A stretch of DNA of 64,000 nucleotides from Callorhinchus milii (Eukaryota), in contig NW_024704742.1 in the NCBI RefSeq assembly GCF_018977255.1, forward strand, positions 80,602,001 to 80,666,000. The letters are read 5' to 3'. Below, piece by piece: positions 1 to 13,397 of this stretch. Below the pieces are notes generated by a model, which had not been told where the DNA came from, made no database searches, and saw only the letters and a list, made by a program, of their open reading frames with translations. The translations under genes and the position numbers were made by a program. Positions within the stretch are counted from its first letter, which is position 1. Every line of letters starts with the position of its first letter.

Positions 1-168
1 CCTACACATGGAAATTCCCATGTTTACAATGGAATTTACAATTTCTCCCTGGAACATATGCAGCTTCCTTACCTAACTCTGGAAAGGACTAGGCATAGGC
101 TGGCCAGAGCCAAGGCTTGGGGATCCCAGAGTGCGCGTTGGGATAATACTGGAGTCTAACCAGCTAAA
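1..168 (-). repeat. Unclassified dispersed repeat, copy 1 of 3 (runs off window start)
   Basis: Reverse complement TTAGCTGGTTAGACTCCAGTATTATCCCAACGCGCAC...TTTCCATGTGTAGG matches 16155-16300 and 37673-37810. Confidence 0.6.
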
Positions 169-944
169 CAAAAAGCATACTTTGCCATTAAACACATCCT
201 CCTGATGTGAGACGTCTAATAAATGTAATAGTGAATGTAATAATTTCCTCCTGTTGTTCAGCCAGGAACACTCTAGCCGAGCCAAGCCGAATGACATCTA
301 ATGTTTGAGTGATGTGGAGCACAAAGATCAATTTATACTTCTGTTAGATTGGTGGGAGGAAGGGGTGCTTGTTGCAGTTCAGTTTAAAAATAACTAAACA
401 CAGATATTGTATGGAGTCCATGCACCTACACACAACTAATATGCAACACGCTAAAATGATAACTCCTGGTATATCATGGTCCTAGATTCAAGATCTTGCA
501 GAGTTTACAAAAGGGCCGTTATTTCTTAACTTTATCATTGATTTTCCACAGATTTTCTTCGGTACTGCAGAAAATCAGCCTTCAAATTGTAGCTGAATTT
601 AAGACTGTTTTCCAAAATTCCACATTCCTTATATTTTAAGATTTGGTTACATAAAATCTCTTTGAAATGCACAACAAATTGTACTGTTGTTTCAGTGGAC
701 AATCAAGCCAGCTGCTGTTGTGATTATCTCCATCTTCTGAATGTGAAACTAATTGTCAGATTCTCAAGAGTATTGCAGAAAAACATAAATATAGCTGGAT
801 GATTCAGTGTAAAAATCCACTCAAAAACCTAATCTACCATTTCCTTGCAAGGAATATCGACCATGACAGCATCTGTTGTTGATGTCTTTACAGCAGGCAG
901 ATGGTATTTTATAAGAGTTTCACTGGAAATGGAAATAAAAGTCC

Positions 945-1267
945 CAGTCTTGTTATGTGTGAAGCACTCTCAACTCTGACTCAGAAGGTTGTAGATTTAA
1001 GCCCTAAATTGGGACTTTGAGCTCACAGTCTAGGCTAACGTTAAAGATCCCATAACAATATTCTTAAAGAGAAGGGAGTTTCTGCCTGGATAGCAATTCT
1101 GCAGATGAAAAAAAAAGGTCATTCAGTTTATGGGTGAAGGGCATTGTTGTGCGCAAACTGACTACTGTGTTTACCTACACATATCCAGTGACTATTTGAA
1201 AAAGAAGCGCTTTGAATCATTTTGATGTGGTAAGGTGCTATATCAAATGCAAGGATTAGCATTATAA
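945..1267 (+). mobile_element. Old SacSINE1/Deu-type tRNA-SINE, degraded
   Basis: Head CTCTGACTCAGAAGGTTGTAG, core TTAAAGATCCCAT, tail GCGCTTTG...ATCAAATGCAAGGATTA shared with many copies in the window. Confidence 0.7.
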
Positions 1268-2019
1268 TCAATCAGATGTGTGACCTGGCTTGATGGATCT
1301 CAACATTGAGAGTTTCACTGGGGTAGTGGTGGAAGGTGGAGTGTGTCCATTATAGCTGAGTACATGGATAATTAACACTTACAATATTTTACATTTAAAC
1401 TGCAAGTTAGATTCCAATGTCAGCATTGGGGTCAAGAGTTTCATTCAGGGAAAGAGCTTGATTTGACTGAAGGAAAATTGGTTTTGTACCAATACCAATG
1501 GTTGCGTATGTGAACCTTCACCTCCCCCCACACCAACTTCAGTGCAACAGTTGGGCCCCAAACCATCATTGGACTTGTCGGTCTGCTTAATTCAATAGAA
1601 ACACAGAGTGAGGGCAGCATCTCATGAATTCACATTCCAAAGTTTAACCAGCAAACCAGTCAAAGTCATACTGAAGGGTTACACTTACAACTAAATATTG
1701 ACCAAATAGAGGATCATGTAATATATAATGAAAAATTAACTATGTAATTAATTGTTTCTGTCATATAATAATTATCCCCACTGAAAATTAGCATATCACA
1801 ACATTTTCAGCCAAAAGCATCTAGCACTGCATGCATGCTCTTGTTCTCTTATGGGTTCAAATGAAGTACCCAAGCCCCAACACTAAATTGTCAATACCCT
1901 GTTCCAAATCTGGATTTTACTGAATTGGCCTAATGCTAAATACAGTTTCTATCCCCATTCTTGGAGCATAGCTCATTGTTTTTGATTTTCTCTTTTTTTT
2001 TGTACTGAACAGTAGAACC

Positions 2020-2310
2020 AAAGGACTCGGCCTATGATTGAAAGGGGTGAATTCAAAACAAATCTGCAGAAACACTACTTCAAAGAGCAAATAGTAAATG
2101 TATGAAATAGGCTCCCTATGGAGACAGTGGAAGCAAAAAGTGTTGATTCTTTCACGAACAATTTAGATATATTTCTGCTAAGAATTAATATTATGGGATG
2201 CAGTAAATAGTTTGTGAAATGACATGAGCATGCGATCGCCGAATGATGGAAGGTGAACTGGATGGACCTTGGTCTTCTTTTGTCCAGCAATTTTTATGTT
2301 CTTATGTTCC
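2020..2310 (+). mobile_element. CR1 LINE 3' fragment
   Basis: Degenerate ORF2 C-terminal region, then GGACCTTGGTCTT and a TTCTTATGTTC tail typical of CR1. Confidence 0.55.
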
Positions 2311-2358
2311 TGAGTTCCTTCTGGTGTTGACATAAAATACTTGTAATCTAATGTGAAC

Positions 2359-2801
2359 TGAATTCAAGATCCTCATCCTCACCTACAAGGCCATTCACGG
2401 CCTTGCTCCCTCCTACCTCTCTGACCTACTATCCCCCTTGTTACCTGCCCGTATCCTCCGTTCCTCTTGCTCCAGTCTGCTCCACATCCCCCACGCCAAA
2501 CGCCCTACCATCGGTGGCCGGGCCTTCAGCCTCTCAGCCCCTAGGCTTTGGAACTCTATCCCCCAGTGCCTTCGCCGCCTCCTACCTTTCCTCCTTCAAG
2601 ACCGGTCTCAAGACCTTTCTCTTTGACCGTGCCTTCAGCTCCCCTCTCGACTCTCTACCCCTCCTCGCTCCTTCCCTTCCCTCCCCTCACCCTGACCATT
2701 TCACCCCTGCTAGGGTCCTGACCCAACTGTCCAGCGCCTTTGGACGCCCTCCCGATGTGAAAAGCGCTCTATAAATGGAATCTTGTTGTTGTTGTTGTTG
2801 T
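2359..2801 (+). mobile_element. L2 LINE 3' fragment (young)
   Basis: Encodes [19 protein letters not shown] and [15 protein letters not shown]; 3' stem-loop and (TTG)n tail; very similar to 63240-63679. Confidence 0.9.
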
Positions 2802-4109
2802 GTGTTCTGACTTCAATCGCTTGGTGATTTTTGATTCCTTTGCCAATTTTTGTGCCTGTTCTCCAATTTTCAGGGTTTTGGACATATATCAGATTATTAA
2901 GTTTTAAGAGTACAATTGTGCAACAATACTGGTATTGTTTATATAGCTGCTTCTGTTTTCTGCCAGCATGTGAATTTAACCAAGTCTGTAAGTAATGACT
3001 GTCCATACGCAGGTGATTTCTAATTTTAATGTATAACTCACAACTATCCTCCATAGGGAAATTAGTTCAAGTTCAAGCCTGTTTATTTACAGAGCTGTAA
3101 TCCACAGAGTATCACGGTATCTCTCTATACAGCACCAATCAAAATGAAATGCTGAGACGTTTCTATTTGTTTTGCTAAATTAGTCTTCTGATCAATACAG
3201 AGCTCAAGTTAGCTCTGAAGGAGACATAAAACACACTGCCTACACTTTCACCATGTGTTTGAACTTTATAAAAGCTCATAAAGAAATATAACTCATATTT
3301 AATGACTGCTTGCACATTTTCTCACAGCACAAAGAGCTGCAAGAGTAAGCAAATAAATTCTAAAACTGGCGGTGCCTGAGGTCTAACTTGTGGTATGGCT
3401 TAATAGGGTTCTTATCAACTCTTACGAACTCTGCTTTGGAAGTAGATCAAATCAGAGAAGAGTTCCTGAAGACCAATGTGATGCATATCTGCCAATGGGA
3501 ATGAGTTGGCATTTATATTTTGATATATTCCTTGTTGAGTAGAGGTTGCACATGCTACTCTTGCCTACTCCAGAAAATACAGGTAGGGTTTGGCAAAATC
3601 TATGGTGTACATTGATTTACGACTAGAATTGCAACCAAATAATACCACTTGTCAATGTGAGGCATTCGTAGCCTTGTCCGAATACAATACAAATTCACGT
3701 TAATATACTGTAGCGCTTTTCACATTGGGAGGACACCCCAATGTGCTTCACAAAGTTACCTCAGTGTCAGAAAGACCCGATTTATTTCTGCTCCAGGAAG
3801 AGATGTTGATCATTCAGATGATCATCAAATGTAACCATTTCGACAAAAGGCATGGCATTGGAATGTGGTACCATTTTCAGTGATTACTTTCAATGATGCC
3901 TTTACTTTTGGGAAGTATGAAATGTGGTTAAAGTATTGCTGCCTTTGCAGCTATTGGGTGAGATACCTGGCAAAATAATGCTTCTATTATCTCTTTTGTG
4001 CATAATAATGCTTCTATTATCTACCATTATGTACCCTGTGATGCCTGCAAAATCCTACTGGCAAAAGCCGTTGCATCAGTGACCTTCATCGTCACTCATA
4101 TGTAATATT

Positions 4110-4370
4110 AATTGTGGATGTCTTTGTGTACCAGGTGGCACATCACTCCCTGGTGATGCTATGGCTCCTTAGACACTTTGGTGTGTCACTGTTCATTGTG
4201 GTGCAACCATTGCCTCTTGGTAGGCACGAGCCTTTGATGCTCTCTTTGCTCCAGGAATTTCCTCTTCTCCGATCATGTGTGGCCATCAATGAGCACCTCC
4301 AGTGTTGTACGTCAGAAGTATTCTGCAGTCTTTCCAGCTCATGTGTCTCATTCTGAATTAATTCCAATCC
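4110..4370 (-). pseudogene. Possible degraded Myb/SANT-like ORF remnant (Harbinger-type)
   Basis: Frameshifted reading TSD..LEVLIDG..KRKFL..KRQW..MNS resembles my recollection of Harbinger Myb/SANT proteins; weak. Confidence 0.25.
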
Positions 4371-4814
4371 TAACTAATTCTCTTTATTCTCAGTAACACC
4401 TGGTGTAATCTGACATGAAACATTCACTTTTCAATGAGACTTCTCAACTTCTCGTTAATTTCTTCCTCATGATCATTTCATCTCTATACATTTTACTTAT
4501 GATTTGTGAAGGGGAGTAATTTCTGCAGGCTTACTTCCAATATTGTTATGATCAGATGCCCTGACCCATTTACACGTAACTATATTTTTGTGCACATTAG
4601 TGAACAGAGGAATTTTGGGCCTAAATTTAGTACCTCAGTACCATAGGCTTGAACCCTGAATGTAGATGCCAAATTCTGTTTAATACCAAGGTTCAGCACT
4701 GTTTCTGTGAAATAACATGAGCATCCGTGTGGATCATTGCAGTCCACACCTGAGGTGAGAAGGTCCAAGCAGCAGAGCCTCCATCTTCTTGACATTCAAC
4801 CGAACAATGTTAGC

Positions 4815-5092
4815 GCTCATCCAGGACTTCATCTTTGACAGGCAATTGGGTCAGAACAGTATTAGGCCTGGAGTAGACGACACAGGCAGAGAGGTGGAGG
4901 CAGAAAGGATATTGTGCGAGCTCATGTGCAAGTAGACCATATGGCTGCGGATGACGCCACCAAGCGGTTGCATATTGATGGTGAAAAGATGACAACTGAG
5001 GATAAAGCCCTTAGGAAACTGCATATGACTGTGCAGGGGCAGAAGGAGAATCTATTTGAAGAGGCAAAGTCAAGATCTTTGAACTACCTGGA
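4815..5092 (-). mobile_element. Old L2 RT fragment
   Basis: Minus strand reads approximately PKGFILSCHLFTINMQPLGGVIRSH, a degenerate [18 protein letters not shown]. Confidence 0.6.
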
Positions 5093-5237
5093 GTGAAATC
5101 CCGTGGCGGAGCAGGTTGCAATGGGTGGAGGAGGCGGCAATGGGTTATTAGTGGTATCACCTTCCCATCGCTCTCCTTGCTGCCTCATAACCTGGGCAAT
5201 AGAAAAGTGTGGCCGCACCTTTTCCACGGAATTACAC

Positions 5238-5370
5238 AGTCTCTCTATCTGTCTGTGTATGTGTCTCTCTCTGTACCTGTGAGTGTGTGGCTCTCTCTCT
5301 GTCTGTGTATGTATGTCTCTCTCTGTGTCTGTGAATCTGCATCTCTATGTTTGTGCCTCTCTCTCTCGGT
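5238..5370. repeat. Degenerate (CT/GT)n simple repeat
   Basis: TCTCTCTGTCTGTGTATGT-type low-complexity run. Confidence 0.85.
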
Positions 5371-6294
5371 ACATGTGCAGTGCTGGGCCCTGAGAGCTCC
5401 TGTAGCCTCGATGGTGGTCCCTCCTTCCCCTCCCCCACTCCCCAATAAAGACCATCCAGTTTTTCTTAAAGAAGCAATTAATATTTTGGCACAATCTAAT
5501 ATGTGTTACTTCAACATGTTTAGTTTTTATCAATAAAGTGAAAAAATGTATGTACCCAGTAAAATGTAGCTCAATAGTACCAATCACTCCCTGCCAATCT
5601 CTGCAAAATGTGTAAAAAAAATTCCCCCGCAAACCCCCGCATTTTTGGGCAATTATATCCGCACGTTTCTATTGGCCCAGCTTATAACTCCCCCTTCTCA
5701 CTCTCTGCGCTGCCTCTCTCAGTTTCTCCTTCCTTCCAAAATCTTGGAGTCAATATTGTGTAAATCTGTGGGAAAAAAACAAGATAACATAATTTCATTG
5801 TATAAATTGCAAAGATTTAATAAAAAGGGATATCAGTGTTTTACTGTTACGGTGATTTTCTCTATCATGTATGGGGGTAAAGCCAATGTATAGGACAGGG
5901 ATTAAAGGACTGCGAAGCTCATGTGGATTATAAACACTAGCACAGATTAGGTGGGCCAAATGGTTTGTTTCTGTGCTGCATCACTTATCCCTATCACTCT
6001 TCATTCGAGTGGTGAACAGCATTACTGTGCCATAGTACACAAATAATCATATTTGTATCTGTCTATGTTGGTATTACTCACTCAGGGTTTATTATATTGA
6101 TATGTTTCTTGTTTAGATTAGAAGTAGATATTTATATAAATGGAATTCTACATGTTCTAATGTTTATTTTCATCAGGGTATGTACATTCTCACTGGTCTC
6201 TCTATTTTGTCTTTTTCTCCTCTGTGCCTGTTGCTTAATCTCGGAACTTATTTACCTGAAGCGATGTTAGAATCACATAGCAATATAATATATA

Positions 6295-6495
6295 GTAATA
6301 ATCCTTGCATTTGATATAGAGCTTTTCACATCTTCTAGATGTCTTAAAGCGCTTGACGAAATTTACTGTAAAGTGAATTGACTGTATATTTGTGGGTGAA
6401 ATGCGGCAGCCAATTGCGCACAGCAGTGTCCCACAAACAGTCGTGGATTGAAGCGACCAATTTATTATTGTTTTTTTTCTTGAAGGATTATTAAT
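6295..6495 (-). mobile_element. Young tRNA-Ala SINE, 5'-truncated
   Basis: Matches the 3' part of 30021-30342 in reverse. Confidence 0.85.
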
Positions 6496-7524
6496 GCATA
6501 GTATAGATAGATTCAACAAGAAGCTAGATACACATATGAGGGAGAAGCAAATAATAATAATAATCCTTACATTTGATATAGCGCCTTGGGACGTCTCAAA
6601 ACACTTCACAGAATATACTGTAAACTAAATTGACTGTATAGTTTGGGGGCACTATAAAAGAGTAAGGGAGGGAGTAAGGAATGCGTGGAGAGTCGTTGAG
6701 TATAAATACCAGAGCGGACTGGTTTCTGTGCCTTGCAATCTATGTAAATCATAGTGTCAATTTTATGGTCACCCTTAATTGGGGTTCCTTCTGGTAGCTG
6801 GAAATACATGATACACGTCAATTGGGTCCCAGGGTACCCCAGTCTGAAAACAGATCAAGCTGGAGCACACAATTTGGTTTCACTTACATACAGATTTCCT
6901 AATTATGAAATATTGCAAAATCAAGGTAATTTGATAGGAATTAACTGTTCAATTTCCTGACAGAGTGGTATTAGTTCCAGCAATAGTCAGTCATACATGG
7001 TGCTCTTTTATTCAGTCTTCTCTCATTGATATAGTTATGGTTGTGGTAACTCAACGCATGTCAGTTGTAATGGAGAAATGCTACGGCTGCAGCAGTTTAA
7101 CCTTATGTACATTCAAGATAATGTCAGGTAAACAAGGTTCATACGCAAAAATGCTGCTGGGTAGCAGTGAATGCAGAACTCATCAGTATTAATGGCTAGT
7201 GTCTAAACTTGCATCAATGAAATATGCACACACATTTTATCTGTCATATTCTGACAGATACTTAAAGAAAAAACTTCAACCTTAATGGCTATAATTTGTT
7301 GGTGCAGACTGGGCCTGAACTGAATGTGACCTACATCACAGATAGAGCACACCTTATAATGATTCAGAATTTGCAGCAGAGCTTAAATCAATTGGATCAG
7401 CCTCCTAACAATTAACCTAATTGAGGTTTTCAGTTCTTCCCCTTATAAGATTTAACCACCATGTTATATCTGCATGGTGTTTCCCAATAGCCATTTCAAC
7501 CATCCAAAGCAGCTTTGCAGGAGA

Positions 7525-7835
7525 TGTCAGCTTGGTTCATTTGGAAGCACTTGCCTCTGAGTAGGAAGGTTGAAGCCCCACATCAAGATTTTTAAATCAT
7601 GTACTCTAGGCTGATCCTTCAATGTGATTCTGGGGGAATTGTACTTTCAGATGTGCCATCATTCAGATGAAAAATTGCTGTTGCAAACTGGCACCCATAC
7701 TTGTTTACAAAATGCACAACAACAAATTACATTTGTATCGCACCTTTCGAGTCAGGAGCCTGTCCCAAACTGTTGTGCATAGCTGCTTCACTTTACAATA
7801 AATCCTGTGGGGCACTTCGAGGTATTTGATGATGT
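7525..7835 (+). mobile_element. Old SacSINE1-type SINE with an antisense L2 tail inserted (~7718-7770)
   Basis: GTCAGCTTGGTTCA head, CCTCTGAGTAGGAAGGTTG; internal CAACAACAAATTACATTTGTAT. Confidence 0.55.
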
Positions 7836-8832
7836 CATATTGTGCTACTGTATTTCAAATGCAAATGGAAAATGGGAAAACCATAGAGAAAAAGGCACAA
7901 GTGCCAGAAAAAGCTCCTCAGGATGTAAAATCTGTTTTGTGTAAATTGCCAGAGTACCAACCTTGATGAGATTGTGAAAAATGCTTCTAGTAGCCACAGC
8001 TTGAAAACAAGCATACGTACCGAGAGTGGTATAAATGGTTCAGTTACCATAACTGAGAATGTTTAATAACAAGATTGCCAAGTTTGAAAGGTGTTACTGA
8101 AAGAGCCAACAACATCATGCCATACCAATCCAATCTGCTTTGAACCAGAATCTTAGTAATAATATCTCAAATGGCAGGAAGCACAAAATACAGTCAATGC
8201 ACTTCACAGTATACCCCGTGAAGTGCTTTGAGACTTCCCTCCTGACGCGAAAGACGCTGTACCAAATGTAACAATTATTATTCATTTATTGCTTGACCAT
8301 GAGCTCTCACTATATAAACAAAAAGGAAACGCAAAACTTGGTGCATTCATTTTCAGTGACAGTTCACATGAGATGTAACCATGGTAATGTCTTTGCTCGG
8401 ACTGCCAGAATGCTTCTGGGGCTTCAATGATATTGAGCAAGAGGAGGTATCCTTTGGCACAGCAAAACTGGATATGCAATAAAAAATCTGTGGTGGTTCA
8501 CATTACATATATTCCCATCATGATATATGAGAAGCGAAAGAAAACAAATCTAACTATCAAAGCCATTTGAAAAGTGCAGACACTCTATCACTGCATATTC
8601 TTCGATAGTAAAGCACCAAGTGATAACAACTGCCCCTCATTATTCAGGATTGTGGCTCTTTGTCTCAGGAAACAAAATAAGAGCACAGGACATCATTTAG
8701 AGTACATAAGCATCCTTGTAATGGACTTGTGACTCACATCTCCAGAGACAGGTGGAGAGTATTGGGCACCAGCTGACAAGGGACAAAGCTTGGGAGTGTG
8801 CATTAGGGTACTGTCAGTGTCTAGCCAGCTAA

Positions 8833-10526
8833 AACAATAACAATGACAAAATTACATTTGTAAAGCACCTTTCACATCGCGTGGATATCCCACGGCTCTG
8901 ATCAGTCGGGGATCAGGACCTGAGTGTGGGGGGACAAGGTTGGGATGAGGAAGGGCAGAGAGGTAAGAGGGTGGCTGAAGTCATGGTTCAAAAGAAGGTC
9001 TTGAGTCGTGCCCTGAAGAAGTAAAGAGAGGGAGCAACCAAAGGGATTGTAGGATGGAGTTGCAAAAGTGGGGGCAGAGAGGCTGAAAGCTCAGCCGCCG
9101 ATGGCAGGGTGGGTCGGGTGGGAGACATGGAGCAGGCTGGAGCCTTCTGAATTGAGGGAGCGGACAGGCTGATAGGGGGTTAGCAGGTCATAGAGGTAGG
9201 AGGGGGCAAGAATGTGGAGGGCCTTGAAAGTGAGGAAGAAGATTTTGAATTCTATCTTCTGACGGAGGGGAATTAGTGGAGCTGGGAGAGTGTGGGGGTG
9301 ATAGCATTACAGAACCTGGTTCGGGAGAGGGCACGAGCTGCAGAGTTCTGGATGATCTGCAACTTGTGCAGCGAAGAGTTGGGGAGGCTGACAAGGAGGG
9401 AGTTTCTATAGTCAAGTCTTGAGGTGATGAATGCGTGTATGAGGGTTTTGGTAGCCTGAGGGGTAAGGCAGTGGCAGTGTCTGGCAATGTTGTGGATATG
9501 GGGATATGCACGGATATGGGGGAGAAATGACAGTTGAGGGTTGAACAAAATGCCCAGGTTCCTGACTGGCTTGGTTAGGTGGAGTGTGCAACCTTGGATG
9601 CTGATGCTGCCAGTGCCTGAGGTGCCGAAGCGCAGGAGTGAGCAAATCAGGAGGGCTTCAGTCTTGCTGACATTCAGCTGTAGAAAGTTGGTCGTCAGTT
9701 ATCCAGGAGTTGAGGATGGAGGCAGACAGATAAAGTTTGGTGTCTTTTACGTATGTGTGGAAGTTAAACCATGTCTGCAGATGATGCCATCAATGGGGAG
9801 CATGTAGAGGTTGAAGAGGAGGGAACTGAGGACAAAGCCCTGAGGAATGGCGCACGAGACTGTGAGGGGATGGAAGAGAAACCATTGGCAGAGACAAATT
9901 GGAGACAGTGCGAGAGGTAAGACCTGAACCATTCAAGCAGTGGAGGAAGATGGAGTGGTCCACTGTATCGAAGGCAGCAGAGATGTCGAGGAGGACAAGG
10001 AGGCAGAGGGTGCCCTGGTCACACCTGGACAGGATGTCATTTGTGACTTTGATTAGAGCAGTTTGAGCAGCAGGGAAACCCGATTGGAAGGGCTCGTGAA
10101 GGGAGTGGTAAGAGAGGAAGAAGCAAAGCTGGGAAGAAATGACTTTCAAGGACCTTGAAAGGAAAGGGAGGTTGTCGATGGGCCAGTAGTTAGAAAGCAG
10201 GGATGAGTCTAGGGAAGGTTTTTTTAGGATGGGGGTGATTTTAGCTGTTTTTAGGGTGACGGGAACGGTTTCAAATGGTATAGAGAGATTAATGGTGTCA
10301 GAGAGTAAAAGGGTGAGGAGGTAGAGCTGTGGGACAAGGAGAGGGGTGGGGATGGGGTCAAGGGAGCAGGTGGTGTGTTTCATGCTGGATATGGTGGTGG
10401 TGAGAGAGAATGGGGGAGACACATTTGAAGATGTGGAGGGAGGGATGGGTAGGGTTCGGAGTGTGGGGGAGATAGGGAGGAGTGGCGATTGGGAGGGAGG
10501 AGGCAGCTGAATGGATCACCTCGATT
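8833..10526 (-). mobile_element. 5'-truncated L2 LINE, ORF2 RT to 3' tail, frameshifted
   Basis: Motifs [49 protein letters not shown]; stem-loop tail. Confidence 0.92.
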
Positions 10527-11019
10527 TTCCACTCTTGCTTAGACTGTTGGATCAATTTTTAAGATTGGTGCATAATTTGTGGAAAATATTTAAAAGTCAG
10601 GTTTGATTTTGGAAGCTGTTGTTTCACAATTCTTCTTCACTGTGGAAGAATCTTCCATATTTCTATATATGGAGTCACTATCACTACAGACTCTTTGATA
10701 GTGAAGTAGCAAGCCTCTCATTATTACAGAAATATTTTTCCATAATTCTGTGCTATCCTAAATTTCAAGACAAAATGGACTTCCAGGTTAACACTAGGTA
10801 GATTTTCAGGCTTAAGATTCACACATATACTGTATTTCATATGAATGTTATACATGTGGTGATGTTGAGTATTGCAACTTGTTTATTCCACTTGTGAATG
10901 ACATTTGTTTAAAATCATTTACAACTCAGTTACTTATGGATTATGCAGATCTCCTTGGCTCATGCTATTAACCTACTGTGCTGCACTTAAACTGGAGAGA
11001 AATTATCCATAAAGATTTA

Positions 11020-12115
11020 CACAATGGATTGCCACCATGTGTCTGCTAGCTCTTTTAAAGAACAATCTGTTCAGATTCATTTACCTCCTTTCCTATAACT
11101 CTGCAGTTTACTCCTTTTTAGATATCTATCTAGTTCCCTTTTGAAAGCTGGGATGGAAGCTTCCTGCTCACCAGGAAGCTCCAGGGTGTTCTTGGTACCT
11201 GCCATCTATCTAGTGCTTGTCAGATATCAAATGAGCAACTAGTGACCATCCTCCTTGTGTCTCCTTGGAGTTGAATGGTCTCTAATGTGACATGCTTGGT
11301 CACGGAATGTTAGGATCAAGTCAACCCTCTGTTGTGATGGTCTCAGTGGTCCCTTTCCTGAGCCGGTACTTCAGGGTACTGCTGATGACAGGCCAGTATC
11401 CTTCTCATTGCTAGGACTTGGGGCAGAGGTGTGTCCTACTCAGTTTCTATCAACACTGGAAGCCAAAGCTCTAATGGGTATGGTGGACTGAGCTGGTGAA
11501 ATTTTCAGACAATGCGTTCAATGGCATGCTATGCAATTCTGCGTATTTTTTAAAAAATCTCCTTACGTCCCCATTTACTCATTTGCTACCTCTCTTAAAT
11601 CGATGCCCTCTAGTCACTGATTCACTGACAGTGGAATCATTTCCCCCTATTCCCCCTATTATAAACGCATTATAATTTTAAAGACCTCTATCAGTTCACC
11701 CCTCAATCTGCTTTGATCCAGCAAAAGAAGTTCCTCCAGGCTGTGCTCATAGGCCAAACCACTCATCCCCATTATTATCCAAGTAAATATCTTCTATACC
11801 CCCTCTGTGGCTTTGACTTCCTTCCTAAAGTGGGATGACCAAAACTGGATACAATAATCTAACTGTGGGCTAACTAACAATTTATAAAGGTTTAACATAA
11901 TTTGTTTGGATTACATTCTATATCTCTGTTTATAAAGCCTAGGATTCTATTTGCTTTCTTGATAATTTTATCCACCAGCCTTCCCACCTTGAAGGATTTA
12001 TGTACATTAACTCCAAGGTGGGTCCCTCTGCTCTTCCACTCCTTTTAAAATGTTAGCACCTAACATGTAATGGTTTTCCTTATTCTTACTCCCAAAATGT
12101 AAAACCTCACTTAAA
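11020..12115 (-). mobile_element. CR1 LINE 3' part, interrupted by unknown sequence ~11160-11555
   Basis: Minus strand reads LKGVEEQRD, LDYCIQFWS, RGELIEVFKI and RGHRFKR, all CR1 ORF2 C-terminal motifs. Confidence 0.75.
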
Positions 12116-12217
12116 AGAATATGGGAGAGGGGAATTGGAGAATTAGGCTCATATGGAGTATAATCTCTAGTATGGACTACTTGGGCTAAATGGCCTATTT
12201 CTATAAACAGGCCATCT

Positions 12218-12378
12218 ATAATAATAATAAATTTACATTTGATACGATATAGTATCGTATCACAATGTTGATACGTCTCAAACTGCTTCATAGAGTATAC
12301 TGTAAAGTGAATTGACTGTATTTTGTGGGCGAAGTGCAGCAGCCAATTGCGCACAGCAATGTCCCACAAATGGTCATA
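12218..12378 (-). mobile_element. Young SINE 3' fragment
   Basis: CTGTAAAGTGAATTGACTGTA...CAGCCAATTGCGCACAGCAATGTCCCAC. Confidence 0.8.
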
Positions 12379-13397
12379 ATTTATAATTAATAAACTAAGT
12401 AATTGTATGAATTTAAGAACTTCATAAGCAATCTCAATTTCCATCCCTGTTATTTTCCTATTGGTGTTAATGTGGCAGTCTCCATGCTCAGTCTCAATCA
12501 ATGGAAACACAGCATGTCAGTCATGCTGACCCTCACATTTCAACTGGTTTCAAGAATGTGACTAATTTCTCTATCACTCATTCTCTCTGAAAAGAAACAC
12601 AGTTTTGTAACTCTAAAGGGGTCTGAATACCTGCACTCACCAAATCCTACACCAGATAATATGCTTAGGTCGGCAATCATAATGGATCCCATCTTCAGAA
12701 TAGCCTTTGTTTTCAGCCTCAATAATAGCGGTTATTCATTCAAGATACATTTTGCACTTCGAGCAGCTGACTCACTCCATTAAATGCTGTGTGTTACTGC
12801 GGTATTTTGACAAGTATATCAGCACTTGAAGGGTTCCTGAGATCTCTATTCTTATCAGTGGTATTTGAGGCTTTAAATCATGCTGTGTGAAGCCTGTCTT
12901 CACAACTGTGGTCTGCTCAGATCAACAGTCTGCTACATACATATCTGAAGATATGCTTCCAAAGAAAAGCCATCAACATCTCTTAGATTAAATCATATAA
13001 ATTATTCTGTTTGAAAGCAATAAATAAGTGGGTGTGGAGAAAGGAAGCGTTCATTGCTTTGGGAGATACCTGTAGTTAAAATAAGAAGCCTTTTTTCAAT
13101 CTATTTCCAGCATCCACAAATATAATTATTTCTCATTTTAAGGACATTTTTTGCTGATATTAAGTAACTAGGTTTAGAAATTCCATCAGTTGATAAAGTG
13201 ACCAATTTCACCAATGCACAGTTACAATATGTTAAATTATTAGCCTGGCTGACACCTTTTGTTCTGCCTGCGCAGCTCATGCCCTGCTCCACTCGACATT
13301 GTTCACAAGAATGTAAAATTTGTGACTTTTGCTATAGAATTGTGACATTCTGTCATAGAATTTACTATGAAATGTCACAGGTTTACCACCTACATCT

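Noticed and set aside
73..163. Minus-strand exon with good acceptor and AG|GTAAGG donor
   Set aside because: Stops occur in all three frames, and the sequence belongs to a dispersed repeat.
3974..4022. Short direct repeats with a spacer (also ~22833-22873, 44820-44850, 45154-45204) as CRISPR-like arrays
   Set aside because: Only two units each in eukaryotic DNA; ordinary slippage duplications.
6235..6609. Recurring peptides such as [28 protein letters not shown] in many ORFs as a protein family
   Set aside because: They are translations of the non-coding SINE body.
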